A stretch of DNA of 63,818 bases, the filler included, from Lama guanicoe (taxonomy: Eukaryota), in NCBI GenBank assembly GCA_013239625.1. It is 82 parts of 78 records of this genome, joined end to end, with 100 filler letters (N's around TTAATTAATTAA, not from the genome) between each part and the next. Parts side by side here need not be neighbours in the genome. Positions count along the whole stretch, not along the records: positions 24,369 to 24,950 come from PNXV01005839.1; positions 25,051 to 26,196 come from MU054178.1; positions 26,297 to 26,685 come from MU054179.1; positions 26,786 to 27,323 come from PNXV01005846.1; positions 27,424 to 28,593 come from MU054180.1; positions 28,694 to 29,128 come from PNXV01005854.1; positions 29,229 to 30,122 come from MU054183.1; positions 30,223 to 30,959 come from MU054185.1; 74 more parts are not named here. One strand, given 5' to 3'. The translations under genes were made by a program, and so were the position numbers. Positions 24,563 through 36,269 of the stretch are shown piece after piece (the first letter of the stretch is position 1; the number at the start of each line of letters is the position of its first letter). The notes under the pieces were generated by a model. That model had not been told where the DNA came from. It searched no databases and worked only from the letters and a program-made list of their open reading frames with translations.

Positions 24563-25050
24563 ACTTCTTTTTCCACCTCATAAATAATTTTACTAAGAAA
24601 CATGAGCAATTTTTTTATTTTTGCTTCTTAATAACGGATAAGTGGGCCAACTACATTTTTGTGAGCAGGGATGCTGTGCGTGCCTTGTGGTCACAGCAAA
24701 CTCTTATTGGGGGTGGTCGACCCTGCAACATGTCTGATGCCCCTTGAGTGTTGGTGAGGGTCCCCCTAACCAGGGGCTCTCTTCAGGAACCACCATATGG
24801 GCATTGACCTCTGGAGACCTCTTTTTCAGGTGAAGGAAAACTCACATACTGTGATGGAAAAATCGCTCCAGCTGGGGATAATCAGGGAATAAAGGAAGAG
24901 AAAAAGGGTTTGGAGTAGAGTAGAAGAGAAGGACAGAAGATCAGGGAGCCNNNNNNNNNNNNNNNNNNNNNNNNNNNNNNNNNNNNNNNNNNNNTTAATT
25001 AATTAANNNNNNNNNNNNNNNNNNNNNNNNNNNNNNNNNNNNNNNNNNNN

Positions 25051-25151
25051 CAGCCGGCCACATCGCATGCCTGTCCTGGCTTCACCCGGGCCCGGCCCCT
25101 GGGCAGCCTGAGGGGCCTCACAGCTGCCGTCCGCTTGGCCTTTCTCTCCAG
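25051..25151 (-). CDS. GZMB: Granzyme B/H-like serine protease, 5' part of exon 4
   Basis: Acceptor ctctccccatcag then [33 protein letters not shown](W), close to GZMB/GZMH exon 4. Truncated by the scaffold end. B versus H is not resolved. Confidence 0.88.
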
Positions 25152-25974
25152 CTGATGGGGAGAGATAGGGTCCAGCTCAGCCAGCGGCCTCCGGGCCGGG
25201 ACACTGCAGTGAGACCGCAGAGCCCTCGCTCCCACCTGAGCCCCGGGGACAGGTCGGGTGGCCAGGACGGGAGGGAGGAAAGGGACTGGTTGCAGTGGGA
25301 GGGGAGACAGTGTGTTTCCAGGAGGGCAGAGAAGCAGGGAGNNNNNNNNNNNNNNNNNNNNNNNNNNNNNNNNNNNNNNNNNNNNNNNNNNNNNNNNNNN
25401 NNNNNNNNNNNNNNNNNNNNNNNNNNNNNNNNNNNNNNNNNNNNNNNNNNNNNNNNNNNNNNNNNNNNNNNNNNNNNNNNNNNNNNNNNNNNNNNNNNNN
25501 NNNNNNNNNNNNNNNNNNNNNNNNNNNNNNNNNNNNNNNNNNNCCAGCCCCTGTGCGGAGCCATGTGGGGTTGGTGACATAGGGGCAGAGCAGGGCTGCA
25601 GCTGAGGGGAAATCAAGGTGACAAAATAGCCTGGAGGCCGAGCTCTCCATACCCTGTTTCTTGGCAGCCGAGGTGTGATTCTGGAGCCATTGTTAAAGGC
25701 ACGGCAGTTCTTGAGGGTCAGTACCCGCCGCAGGAAAACAGCTGAAATTGCACTAGTGTACATTCTGATACCCAGGCATGCCCTACCTTTAGTCTTTTTT
25801 GCCTCAGCAATGCCGCTGGCACTGACCTGCCCCTCTCCCCACTGCCCGCCTTCTCACCCTCTCAGGAGCCCTCCCAGCTCATGTGTTCCTAGGAGCCTGG
25901 TTGTTCCTGGAGAAAAAGGTAGAACTCCCTGCCAGGGGCTTTCAGGAGGGTGGGGGCTGCTGGCTGCTTCTCAC

Positions 25975-26110
25975 CTTCCCCAACAGTGTGCGGCGGTCAG
26001 CACGAAGTCCTCTCGTATCAGGAACCCGTCACACCTGATCCGGACATCCTGAAGATACGCCATGTAGGGGCGGGAGTGGGGCTTGGCCTCATGACCCCCG
26101 ATGATCTCCC
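25975..26110 (-). CDS. GZMB: Granzyme B/H-like serine protease, exon 2
   Basis: ttttccttcag|[45 protein letters not shown]|gtgaga: GE propeptide, IIGG N-terminus, PHSRPYMA and the catalytic His motif TAAHC. Exon 3 probably lies in the gap 25342-25543. Confidence 0.92.
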
Positions 26111-26559
26111 CTGAAGGAAAAGTTTGTCTTGCTTGTTTCCCCCCCTGAGTACACCCGGCAGGCTTCTGCCCCATGCTCAGAACCGCTGGGCATGGTNNNN
26201 NNNNNNNNNNNNNNNNNNNNNNNNNNNNNNNNNNNNNNNNTTAATTAATTAANNNNNNNNNNNNNNNNNNNNNNNNNNNNNNNNNNNNNNNNNNNNTGTC
26301 CTTCCACTTTAGATTTCTTTCCCTCCAGCCATTGTTACTGAAGCATGTTCATGTCCAGGAAAAAGATTTGCTGAGTCTCAGATGCATTTGGCCTTCGTTT
26401 ATGAACTGCTTTCCTTAAAGCTTCCCTTGCAAGATGAGACAGAAATGCCGCTCCCTGTGATAACGTGGCTCCCCTGAAGGGACCTTGGAGACAGGCCATG
26501 ACGGTCAGGCCATCCATACGAATCCCAGGGAGGCTCGCTCGGGCCCACTGTCCTCTCAC

Positions 26560-26685
26560 TTAAACAAAATTACTTTCTCGCAGTTCTGGAGGCCGGAAAG
26601 TCCATGGTCAAGGTGTGGGCAGATTTGGTTTCTTCTGAGGCCTCTCTCCTTGCCTTGTGGATGGCTGTCTTCTCCCTGTCCTGTG
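26560..26685 (-). mobile_element. MaLR LTR (MLT1-type) fragment
   Basis: TTTCTCGCAGTTCTGGAGGCCGGAAAGTCC..GGTCAAGGTG..GGCAG..TTGGTTTCTTCTGAGGCCTCTCTCCTTG. Confidence 0.75.
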
Positions 26686-26785
26686 NNNNNNNNNNNNNNN
26701 NNNNNNNNNNNNNNNNNNNNNNNNNNNNNTTAATTAATTAANNNNNNNNNNNNNNNNNNNNNNNNNNNNNNNNNNNNNNNNNNNN

Positions 26786-27323
26786 TTGCATTCTATAGTT
26801 TTTATTATGTGTTCTGCATTCCATGTTCTAAATTATGGGATCTCTATTCTGGGTTCTATATTCTATAGTATGCTATCTGCATTCTAAATTCTGTATTCTC
26901 TATTCTATATTCTATATTCTGTGTTCTACATTCAATATTATAAATTCTATATTCATTATTCTGTATTCTATATTCTATATTCTGTATTCTACATTCTATA
27001 TTCTAAATTCTATATTCAGTATTCTGTATTCTATATTCTAAATTCTGTGTCCCGCATTCTATGTTCTAAATTCTATATTAATGTATTTTATATTCTATAT
27101 TTTGTGTACTACAAAATGTATTCTACATTCTATATTGTATATTCTGCTTATAAATTCTTTGTTCTGAATTCCATGTTCTTAATTCTGTGTTCTCTATTCT
27201 GCATTCTATATTCTGTATTCTGTGTTCTACATTCTAGATCCTACATTCTATATTCTACATTCTATATTCGGTAATCTGTATTCTACTTTCTGTATTCTAC
27301 ATTCTGTATTCTAATTTCTATAT
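26786..27323 (+). repeat. Heptamer satellite (ATTCTAT)n
   Basis: 7-bp periodic TTC repeat. Confidence 0.95.
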
Positions 27324-27423
27324 NNNNNNNNNNNNNNNNNNNNNNNNNNNNNNNNNNNNNNNNNNNNTTAATTAATTAANNNNNNNNNNNNNNNNNNNNN
27401 NNNNNNNNNNNNNNNNNNNNNNN

Positions 27424-28593
27424 CACGCAGAAGAATGGGGGCACAGGTGTTCCACGTTAGGGAGAATTCCACGAAATATTTCCTCAGTCTATTGGATGCA
27501 CTCGATGCTTCTTGGCCTCCAATAGCAACCCCCAGCTTTCCCTCGCAGTCCGGCGTAGGGAAACACACAGGAAATACAAGCTAAGGGGTTTTATTGGAAC
27601 CCAGGCACTGCTGTCATATGGAAGATCTTCCCCACTGTCAGGATACCTGAACNNNNNNNNNNNNNNNNNNNNNNNNNNNNNNNNNNNNNNNNNNNNNNNN
27701 NNNNNNNNNNNNNNNNNNNNNNNNNNNNNNNNNNNNNNNNNNNNNNNNNNNNNNNNNNNNNNNNNNNNNNNNNNNNNNNNNNNNNNNNNNNNNNNNNNNN
27801 NNNNNNNNNNNNNNNNNNNNNNNNNNNNNNNNNNNNNNNNNNNNNNNNNNNNNNNNNNNNNNNNNNNNNNNNNNNNNNNNNNNNNNNNNNNNNNNNNNNN
27901 NNNNNNNNNNNNNNNNNNNNNNNNNNNNNNNNNNNNNNNNNNNNNNNNNNNNNNNNNNNNNNNNNNNNNNNNNNNNNNNNNNNNNNNNNNNNNNNNNNNN
28001 NNNNNNNNNNNNNNNNNNNNNNNNNNNNNNNNNNNNNNNNNNNNNNNNNNNNNNNNNNNNNNNNNNNNNNNNNNNNNNNNNNNNNNNNNNNNNNNNNNNN
28101 NNNNNNNNNNNNNNNNNNNNNNNNNNNNNNNNNNNNNNNNNNNNNNNNNNNNNNNNNNNNNNNNNNNNNNNNNNNNNNNNNNNNNNNNNNNNNNNNNNNN
28201 NNNNNNNNNNNNNNNNNNNNGCACAGTTGTTCCAAGTTTGGGGATGTATTTTAAACACCTCCACTGCCCATAGAGAGGCACTCGATATTACTAGACTTTA
28301 GTGCACAACACCCAACTTCGCTCACAGCCTGGCCAATGGAAACACTCAGGGAAAGCAAGCCAAATGATATTATAAGTTCCCAGTTGCTGCTGTCATTTGG
28401 AGGTGCCTACGCACACTCAGTATACCAGAACTATTCTTCGTGGGTGTGCTGGACGTTGGGAAAGAGAGACCACGCTTTTATATGGGGGACAGGTGTTTAA
28501 AGGTTACGGATGTAGTTTTAAAAACCTCCATGCCCATAGAGTGTCACTCGCTTAAACCTAGCTATAGAGACCAAACCCCACATTAGATCAAAG
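27424..28593 (+). repeat. Diverged ~266-bp satellite related to the 267-bp family
   Basis: 27424-27652 is colinear with the 267-mer (CACAGGTGTTCC, GAAATA, CCAGC-TTCCCT, GAACCCA, TCAGGAT). ACAG(T/G)TGTT at 28223 and 28489 gives period 266. Confidence 0.8.
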
Positions 28594-28693
28594 NNNNNNN
28601 NNNNNNNNNNNNNNNNNNNNNNNNNNNNNNNNNNNNNTTAATTAATTAANNNNNNNNNNNNNNNNNNNNNNNNNNNNNNNNNNNNNNNNNNNN

Positions 28694-28803
28694 CTCCTCT
28701 GTGACATCATAACCCATGAAAAGACCGGAGCATATTAACATGAATTTGTTAAAATCAAAGGAACAAATCAAATATGGAGTCAGATTTGTTCTTTCCTAGT
28801 TCA
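28694..28803 (-). mobile_element. ERV LTR 5'-end fragment
   Basis: Reverse strand starts TGAACTAGGAAAGAACAAATCTGACTCCATATT. 28694-28737 also matches 61649-61693 in reverse. Confidence 0.6.
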
Positions 28804-29056
28804 GTAGTGCCATGGAGAAGGCAGTTTGGGCAGCTTTTTGTAGTGTCCTGCACGCCGTGTCTCTCAGCTTCTGGGCGCCTCTATTGAAAACACTTCATAG
28901 CTGTCTGGCATGCTGGGAAAGCACTCCGCCTGTTTTGCCCTGAAGATGTGTTCTGTTTATAACTCATCTCTACTCCTTGGAAAACAACTCAATAAAAACT
29001 CAGTTGGTTTTCCGCCAGCCATGGGCAGGGTGAGGTATACCATGTTATAATTTCAT

Positions 29057-29113
29057 ATAATAATAATAATGATAGTAATAACAGTAATAATAATAATAGT
29101 AATAATAATAATA
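29057..29113 (+). repeat. (TAA)n imperfect microsatellite
   Basis: Direct reading. Confidence 0.9.
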
Positions 29114-30222
29114 AAAGAAGTCTTAAAANNNNNNNNNNNNNNNNNNNNNNNNNNNNNNNNNNNNNNNNNNNNTTAATTAATTAANNNNNNNNNNNNNNNN
29201 NNNNNNNNNNNNNNNNNNNNNNNNNNNNTACAAAGCAGAAAGAGACTCCCAGACGTAGTAAACCACCTTATGGCTACGCATTCTTTCATTCTTAACAGTT
29301 TGTGGCATCAGAGCAGAAAGATGCAGGAATTGTTGAAGTGAGTTGCATTATAAATGCAAAGAGGATATACAATATTATATTGTATTGTCTGAAAAAACCT
29401 GCCATCTGACCATGTAAGTAGAGCTCTTATGTGATCGCAGAGGAATGTCATGGAANNNNNNNNNNNNNNNNNNNNNNNNNNNNNNNNNNNNNNNNNNNNN
29501 NNNNNNNNNNNNNNNNNNNNNNNNNNNNNNNNNNNNNNNNNNNNNNNNNNNNNNNNNNNNNNNNNNNNNNNNNNNNNNNNNNNNNNNNNNNNNNNNNNNN
29601 NNNNNNNNNNNNNNNNNNNNNNNNNNNNNNNNNNNNNNNNNNNNNNNNNNNNNNNNNNNNNNNNNNNNNNNNNNNNNNNNNNNNNNNNNNNNNNNNNNNC
29701 CTCCCTCACCAGGAAGTCAGCCCTCCTCCTGCTCACGTGTCTGCTCCCTCTCTGCAGGACTGGCGATCCTTCTGTCACCTGTGTTCCCTCCTCCGTCCTC
29801 CAGGGCCGGTCCCATCCCCCAGAAGCACGTCCACCTCTGGATTTCCGACTCCTGGCTTCTCCTGTGTTTCTGCTAACCCCTCTGCAGCTGGCTGGTCTAA
29901 CGTTTCTAATTTGTGACTGCTTGGGGGTCGCTTTTTCCAGCTTATTTAAGCTAACTTGGCCGTGTTGTGGTTAAGGAGCAGCTGGCTTCTTTATAGCTCC
30001 CTTATTGCCCTGAAAATGAGAGTTTTTCAGAGTGCATCATTTCTTAAATCACATAGATTTTCTTTTTGGATGTGTTACCATAACCCTTCCTCCCAGCGGA
30101 GATCATTTGTCAGGTTTCTGCTNNNNNNNNNNNNNNNNNNNNNNNNNNNNNNNNNNNNNNNNNNNNTTAATTAATTAANNNNNNNNNNNNNNNNNNNNNN
30201 NNNNNNNNNNNNNNNNNNNNNN

Positions 30223-30959
30223 TATTTAGAATATAGAATGTAGAACACAGAATATAGAATATAGAATATTGTTTACAGAACACAGAATTTAGAACATGGA
30301 ATGCAAAACACAGAAGTTAGAATATGGCATACGGAATACTGAATATAGAATTTAGAATATAGAATGTAGAACACAGAATATTGAATATAGAATACGGAAT
30401 GCCGAATATAGAATACAGAATATAGAATTNNNNNNNNNNNNNNNNNNNNNNNNNNNNNNNNNNNNNNNNNNNNNNNNNNNNNNNNNNNNNNNNNNNNNNN
30501 NNNNNNNNNNNNNNNNNNNNNNNNNNNNNNNNNNNNNNNNNNNNNNNNNNNNNNNNNNNNNNNNNNNNNNNNNNNNNNNNNNNNNNNNNNNNNNNNNNNN
30601 NNNNNNNNNNNNNNNNNNNNNNNNNNNNNNNNNNNNNNNNNNNNNNNNNNNNNNNNNNNNNNNNNNNNNNNNNNNNNNNNNNNNNNNNNNNNAGAATTTA
30701 GAACTTGGAATGCAGAACGCAGAATGTAGAATATTGTATATAGAATACTCAATAAACAATTAAAAAAATTGAATGTAAAACACAGAATATAGAATATAGG
30801 ATACATAATACTGAATATATAATTTAGAATATAGAATGTAGAAAACAGAATAAAAAATATAGCTTAGAAAATATTAAAGCCAGATTCTGGAACATGGAAA
30901 CAGAACTCAAAATTTAGAATATAGAATACTGAATACTGAATATAAAATTTAGAATATAG
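30223..30959 (-). repeat. Heptamer satellite (reverse, AGAATAT)
   Basis: 7-bp periodic GAA repeat. Confidence 0.95.
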
Positions 30960-31059
30960 NNNNNNNNNNNNNNNNNNNNNNNNNNNNNNNNNNNNNNNNN
31001 NNNTTAATTAATTAANNNNNNNNNNNNNNNNNNNNNNNNNNNNNNNNNNNNNNNNNNNN

Positions 31060-31497
31060 CGTTATGTTGTCACTTTTTATGGCTGAGTAGTATTCCATTG
31101 TATAAATAATACCACTTCTTCTTTCTCCAGTCTCTGTTGATGGACATTTAGGCTGTTTCCATGTCTTGGCTATTGAAAATAGTGCTGCTATGAACATTGG
31201 GGTGCAGGTGTCATCCTGAAATAGGGTTCCTTCTGGATATATGCCCAGGAGTGGGATTCCTGGGTCATATGGTAAGTCTATTCCTAGTCTTTTGAGGAAT
31301 CTCCATACCGTTTTCCACAATGCACCAAACTGCATTCCCACCAGCAGTGTAGGAGGGTTCCCTTTTCTCCACAGCCTCTCCAGCATTTGTCATTTGTGGA
31401 CTTTTGAAAGATGGCCATTCTGACTGGTGTGAGGTGATACCTCATTGTAGTTTTGATTTGCATTTCTCTGATAATTAGTGATATTGAGCATTTTTTC
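31060..31497 (-). mobile_element. Relatively young LINE-1 ORF2 C-terminus
   Basis: Translates as [39 protein letters not shown] and LPYDPGIPLLGIYP...CTPMFIAALFSIAKTWKQPKCPS, with frameshifts. Confidence 0.97.
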
Positions 31498-31666
31498 AGA
31501 CACAAGAAAATTTGGATGCATCTTTGGGACCCTAGAGTAGGAAATGACTTCTGAAACAAATCTAGTNNNNNNNNNNNNNNNNNNNNNNNNNNNNNNNNNN
31601 NNNNNNNNNNTTAATTAATTAANNNNNNNNNNNNNNNNNNNNNNNNNNNNNNNNNNNNNNNNNNNN

Positions 31667-32255
31667 TGATCCCTGCTTGCATGTCCTTGTTCCGGAAACT
31701 GTACACAATCGGGTTTATGTGGGGGTCACGAGGGTATAGAGCGCAGCTACCACCTCGTCCCTTTCAAATGTGTAGCTGGAAGCAGGGCGAATATAGGTGT
31801 AGGTGACAGGGGAGTAGAAAAGAGACACCAGTATGAGGTGGGATGAGCATGTTGAGAAGGCTTTTCTCTTGCCTTCCATTGTGCGAATGCGAAGAATGGC
31901 GACGATGATGAAACCGTAGGAGACGCAGGTGAGGGTGAAGTTGCCCACAGCCAGAGTGAGGTCAGCAACATACACCATCCCTTCATTGATTCACACAGGG
32001 CTGCAGGACAAAGCCAGCAGCGGGGGTATCTCACAGAAGAAGTGGTCAATGGTATTTGATCCACAGAAGGTCAGCCTCAGGATGAGACCTGTGTGCACCC
32101 AGGAATTGGTTACAGTAATAACCATGACAGTGCTGAGCAAGGCCACACACATCTGGTGGTTCATAATAGCACTGTAGTGAAGAGGGAAGCAGATGGCCAC
32201 GTAGCAGTCATAGGCCATGGCGGTGAAGAGAACCATCTCGGCACCCAGGGACCAT
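31667..32255 (-). pseudogene. OR13G1: Olfactory receptor OR13G1-like pseudogene (TM3 to C-terminus)
   Basis: MAYDCYVAICFPLHY, HFFCEIPPLLALSC, KAFSTCSSHL, YIRPASSYTFERD..VAALYTLVTPT. In-frame TGA at 31991-31993, 1-nt deletion at ~31716 before NPIVYSFRNKDMQAGI, and DRY changed to DCY. Confidence 0.93.
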
Positions 32256-32710
32256 NNNNNNNNNNNNNNNNNNNNNNNNNNNNNNNNNNNNNNNNNNNNT
32301 TAATTAATTAANNNNNNNNNNNNNNNNNNNNNNNNNNNNNNNNNNNNNNNNNNNNAGCCCCTCTGAGCCCGCTGGCGTTGTAAATCTCAGTACTCCAACC
32401 CTCCAAGTGATGCCTGTGTCTTGGCTGGTCTGTTTTTTCCGCAACAACACAAGCGATAATGCCCGTGACATAAATCTGCGGTGGCTGCTGGCAGGTCCCC
32501 ATGTCTCACGTGGGAAAATCTGAAACATCCTTCTCACCACTCAGAGTCATCATAAGCCAACCCCACACCTCNNNNNNNNNNNNNNNNNNNNNNNNNNNNN
32601 NNNNNNNNNNNNNNNNNNNNNNNNNNNNNNNNNNNNNNNNNNNNNNNNNNNNNNNNNNNNNNNNNNNNNNNNNNNNNNNNNNNNNNNNNNNNNNNNNNNN
32701 NNNNNNNNNN

Positions 32711-33230
32711 CCCCCAATAGGCCTTGAGGCTCAGGATGAAGAGATTTAACTTCTAGCAGAGCTTGAGCTTCATTAAACACCCATTGTAATAGTAACATTG
32801 TGAATAACCCGGCCCCAGGCACCAGGGCAATTGCAAGGCTAGCCACAAAAGGTCACAGGGTGGGAAATGGCTTACTCACTGGGAATCCCGGCCCCTTGCC
32901 CTAAGGCTGGTCCTTCTACTTATTAGCATATGAAGCCACCAAGCCCAAGAAAATGAGCAATACAGCGCCACCTCGCGGGTACCCATCTCTCTCCCTCTTC
33001 GGAGAAGGCCCACACTCAGTCTGTGGAATGTGTACACACTTTTAATCTGAGCATCAAACCCCCACACGTCGTGAAGTTTCTCTTGCATTTCAATGTATCT
33101 CTCTGAATAAATCTACCTTTACTCAACACTGGCTTGCTCTTGAATACTTAACTGCATGAAGCTAAGGAACAAAATCTGGTTGGGCACATCCCAGGGGCTC
33201 AATCAAATCCTGGGACACAGCCCTTCTCAT
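32711..33230 (+). mobile_element. ERV1-type LTR (U3-R-U5 part)
   Basis: AATAAATCTACCTTTACTCAAC...GGCTTGCTCTTGAAT...GCATGAAGCTAAGGA follows the ERV1 LTR 3' layout, with polyA signal at 33106-33111. Confidence 0.7.
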
Positions 33231-33330
33231 NNNNNNNNNNNNNNNNNNNNNNNNNNNNNNNNNNNNNNNNNNNNTTAATTAATTAANNNNNNNNNNNNNN
33301 NNNNNNNNNNNNNNNNNNNNNNNNNNNNNN

Positions 33331-34133
33331 CTGAGCATGTGGAGAGACGTTCGTTCATCCAGCACAAAGAGAATGGGTTACAGGAGAAACATTTACTCTG
33401 GTTTCTCAGACTTTTTCCTAGTGCTGGTTTGAAGAGCCTGCCGTTTTCACTGTAAACTGAGTTGGAGCTTGTACCACCCCATATATATGTATGGAGTGGA
33501 GTTGGCAACTGAAAAGAAACTTTGTGTTCCCTTCAAGCTAGGTGAATGACGGCTTTCACACACACTTATCTCTCAGAACTGAGCATGTAGAAAGACGTTC
33601 GTTCATCCAACACAAAGGGAACGGGTTGCAGGAGTAACAATTACTCTGGATTCTCAGTGTGTTTACTAGTGCCGGTTTGAAGTGCCTGCCGTTTTCACAG
33701 TAAAAGCGAGTTGGAGCTTGTACCTCCCCATATATATGTATGGAGTGGAGTTGGCAACTGAAAAGAAACTTTGTGTTCCCTTCAAGCTAGGTGAAGGACG
33801 GCTTTCACACATACTTACTCTCAGAACTGAGCATGTGGAGAGACGTTCGTTCATCCAGCTCAAAGGGAACTGGTTGCAAGGGAAACACTTACTCTGGTTT
33901 CTCTGTCTGTTCCCTTGTGCCGGTTTGAAGTGCCTGCCGTTTTCACTGTAAACCCGAGTTGGAGATTGTACCTCCCCATATATATGTATGGAGTGTAATT
34001 GGCATCTGATAAGAAATTTTGTGTTCCATTCAAGCTAGGTGAATGACGGCCTTCACTCACACTTATCTCTCAGAACTGAGGATATGGAGAGACGTTAGTT
34101 CATCCAGCACAAAGGGAACGGTTTGCAGGAGAA
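33331..34133 (+). repeat. 249-bp satellite, homogeneous monomers
   Basis: GAAAAGAAACTTTGTGTTCCC at 33511 and 33760 (period 249). Confidence 0.97.
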
Positions 34134-34233
34134 NNNNNNNNNNNNNNNNNNNNNNNNNNNNNNNNNNNNNNNNNNNNTTAATTAATTAANNNNNNNNNNN
34201 NNNNNNNNNNNNNNNNNNNNNNNNNNNNNNNNN

Positions 34234-34738
34234 AAAGGAAAATTACCAAACCACAAAAGGAAGCAGAAAGGAACAAAGAGGAAATACCAAGCCAACTGCA
34301 AAAATAAGTTCAAAATGGCAATAAACACAATCTATCATTAATTACTGTAAATGTTAATGGACTAAATGCTCCTATCAAAAGACATAGAGTGGCAGACTGG
34401 ATAATAAAGCAAGAACCTTCAATATGCTGCATACAAGAGACCCACTTTAGGGAGAAGGACACATACAGATTGAGAGTGAAAGGATGGAAGAGGATATTCC
34501 ATGCAAATGGAAAAGCCAAAAAAGCAGGTGTAGCAGTACTAAAAATAGACTTTAAAACAAAGACCATAAAGAAGGACATTTTATAATGATTAAAGGAGTA
34601 ATACAAGATGAGGATATTACACTAGTTAATATATATGCACCCAATATAGGAGCACCTAGGTACATAAAACACTAACAGAGATAAAGGGAGATATTGATGG
34701 GAATACAATCATTGTCAGAGATTTTAACTTGCATTAAC
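34234..34738 (+). mobile_element. LINE-1 inter-ORF region and ORF2 endonuclease N-terminus
   Basis: ITVNVNGLNAPIKRHRVADWIIKQEPSICCIQETHF...LRVKGWKRIFHANG and NIYAPN; frameshifted. Confidence 0.96.
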
Positions 34739-34838
34739 NNNNNNNNNNNNNNNNNNNNNNNNNNNNNNNNNNNNNNNNNNNNTTAATTAATTAANNNNNN
34801 NNNNNNNNNNNNNNNNNNNNNNNNNNNNNNNNNNNNNN

Positions 34839-35340
34839 AAAAGATGCTTTTCATTTGGAAAATAGACTACAAACATATATAAGGGGAAGTAAAAGCTCCA
34901 ACTCTGTTTAATATTGAAAATTACAGGAATTTAAAATCAGCACTAAAAAAAAGACTGAGAAAGCAGGGTGAGGGTTCCACCAGAAACAAGTTTCAATTGT
35001 GCTAGATGAACGAAAGTCATTCCAAATGTGTAGCTTTAACTGAAAAGACAGTTTGTGTTCCCAACAAGCAAGTTGAAGGACGGGTTTCACACACAATTAA
35101 ATCTCAGAACTGAGCATTTGGAGAGACGTTCGATCCAGCACAATGTTAACGGTTTGCAGGAGAAACACTTACTCAGGTTTCTCAGTCTGTTTCCTAGTGC
35201 CGGTTTGAGGTTCCTGCGGTTTGCACTGAAAAACCGAGTTGGAGCTTGCACCTCCCCTTGTATATTTATGTAATGGATTTGGCAACTGAAAAAAAACTTT
35301 GTGTCCTTTCAAGCTAGGTGAAGGACGGCTTTCACACACA
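34839..35340 (+). repeat. 249-bp satellite, degenerate first monomer
   Basis: The second monomer is close to consensus; the first is strongly diverged. Confidence 0.85.
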
Positions 35341-35440
35341 NNNNNNNNNNNNNNNNNNNNNNNNNNNNNNNNNNNNNNNNNNNNTTAATTAATTAANNNN
35401 NNNNNNNNNNNNNNNNNNNNNNNNNNNNNNNNNNNNNNNN

Positions 35441-36169
35441 ATTCTATATTCAGTATTCTGTATTCTATTTTCTTAATTCTGTGTTCTGCTTTCTATGTTC
35501 TAAATTCTGGTTTCAATATTCTATTTTCTATATTCTATATACTGTGTTTTAAATTCTATATTCTAAATTCTATATTCAGTTTTCTGTATTCTATATTCTA
35601 AATTCAGTGTTCTGCAATCTATGTACTAAATTCTATATTCAGTATTTTGTATTCTATATTCTAAATCCTGTATTCTGCATTTCATGTTCTAAATTCTGGG
35701 TTCTGTATTCTGTTTTCCATATTCTATATTCTGTGTTTTACAATCCATATGCTGCATTCCGTACTCTATATTCTATATTCTGTGTTGCAGATTCTATATT
35801 CTAAATTCTATATTCAGTAATCTATATTCTATTTTCAAAATTCAGTGTTCTGCATTCCATTTCTAATTACTAGGTTCTGTGTTCTCTTTTTTATATTCTA
35901 TAATTTGTGTTCTTCATTCTATATTCTACATTCTATATTCAGTATTCTGTATTCTATATTCTAAATTCTGTGTGCTGCATTCCATTTTCTAATTNNNNNN
36001 NNNNNNNATTCTGTGTTCTATATTCTAAATACTGTGTTCTGCTTTCTATATTCTAAATTCTACATTCAGTATTTTGTATTCTATATTCTCAATTTTGTGT
36101 TCTGCTTTCCATGTTGTAAGTTCTGTGTTCTATATTCTATATTCTATATTCTATTTCAGAGTTCTTCAT
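35441..36169 (+). repeat. Heptamer satellite (ATTCTAT)n
   Basis: 7-bp periodic TTC repeat. Confidence 0.95.
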
Positions 36170-36269
36170 NNNNNNNNNNNNNNNNNNNNNNNNNNNNNNN
36201 NNNNNNNNNNNNNTTAATTAATTAANNNNNNNNNNNNNNNNNNNNNNNNNNNNNNNNNNNNNNNNNNNN

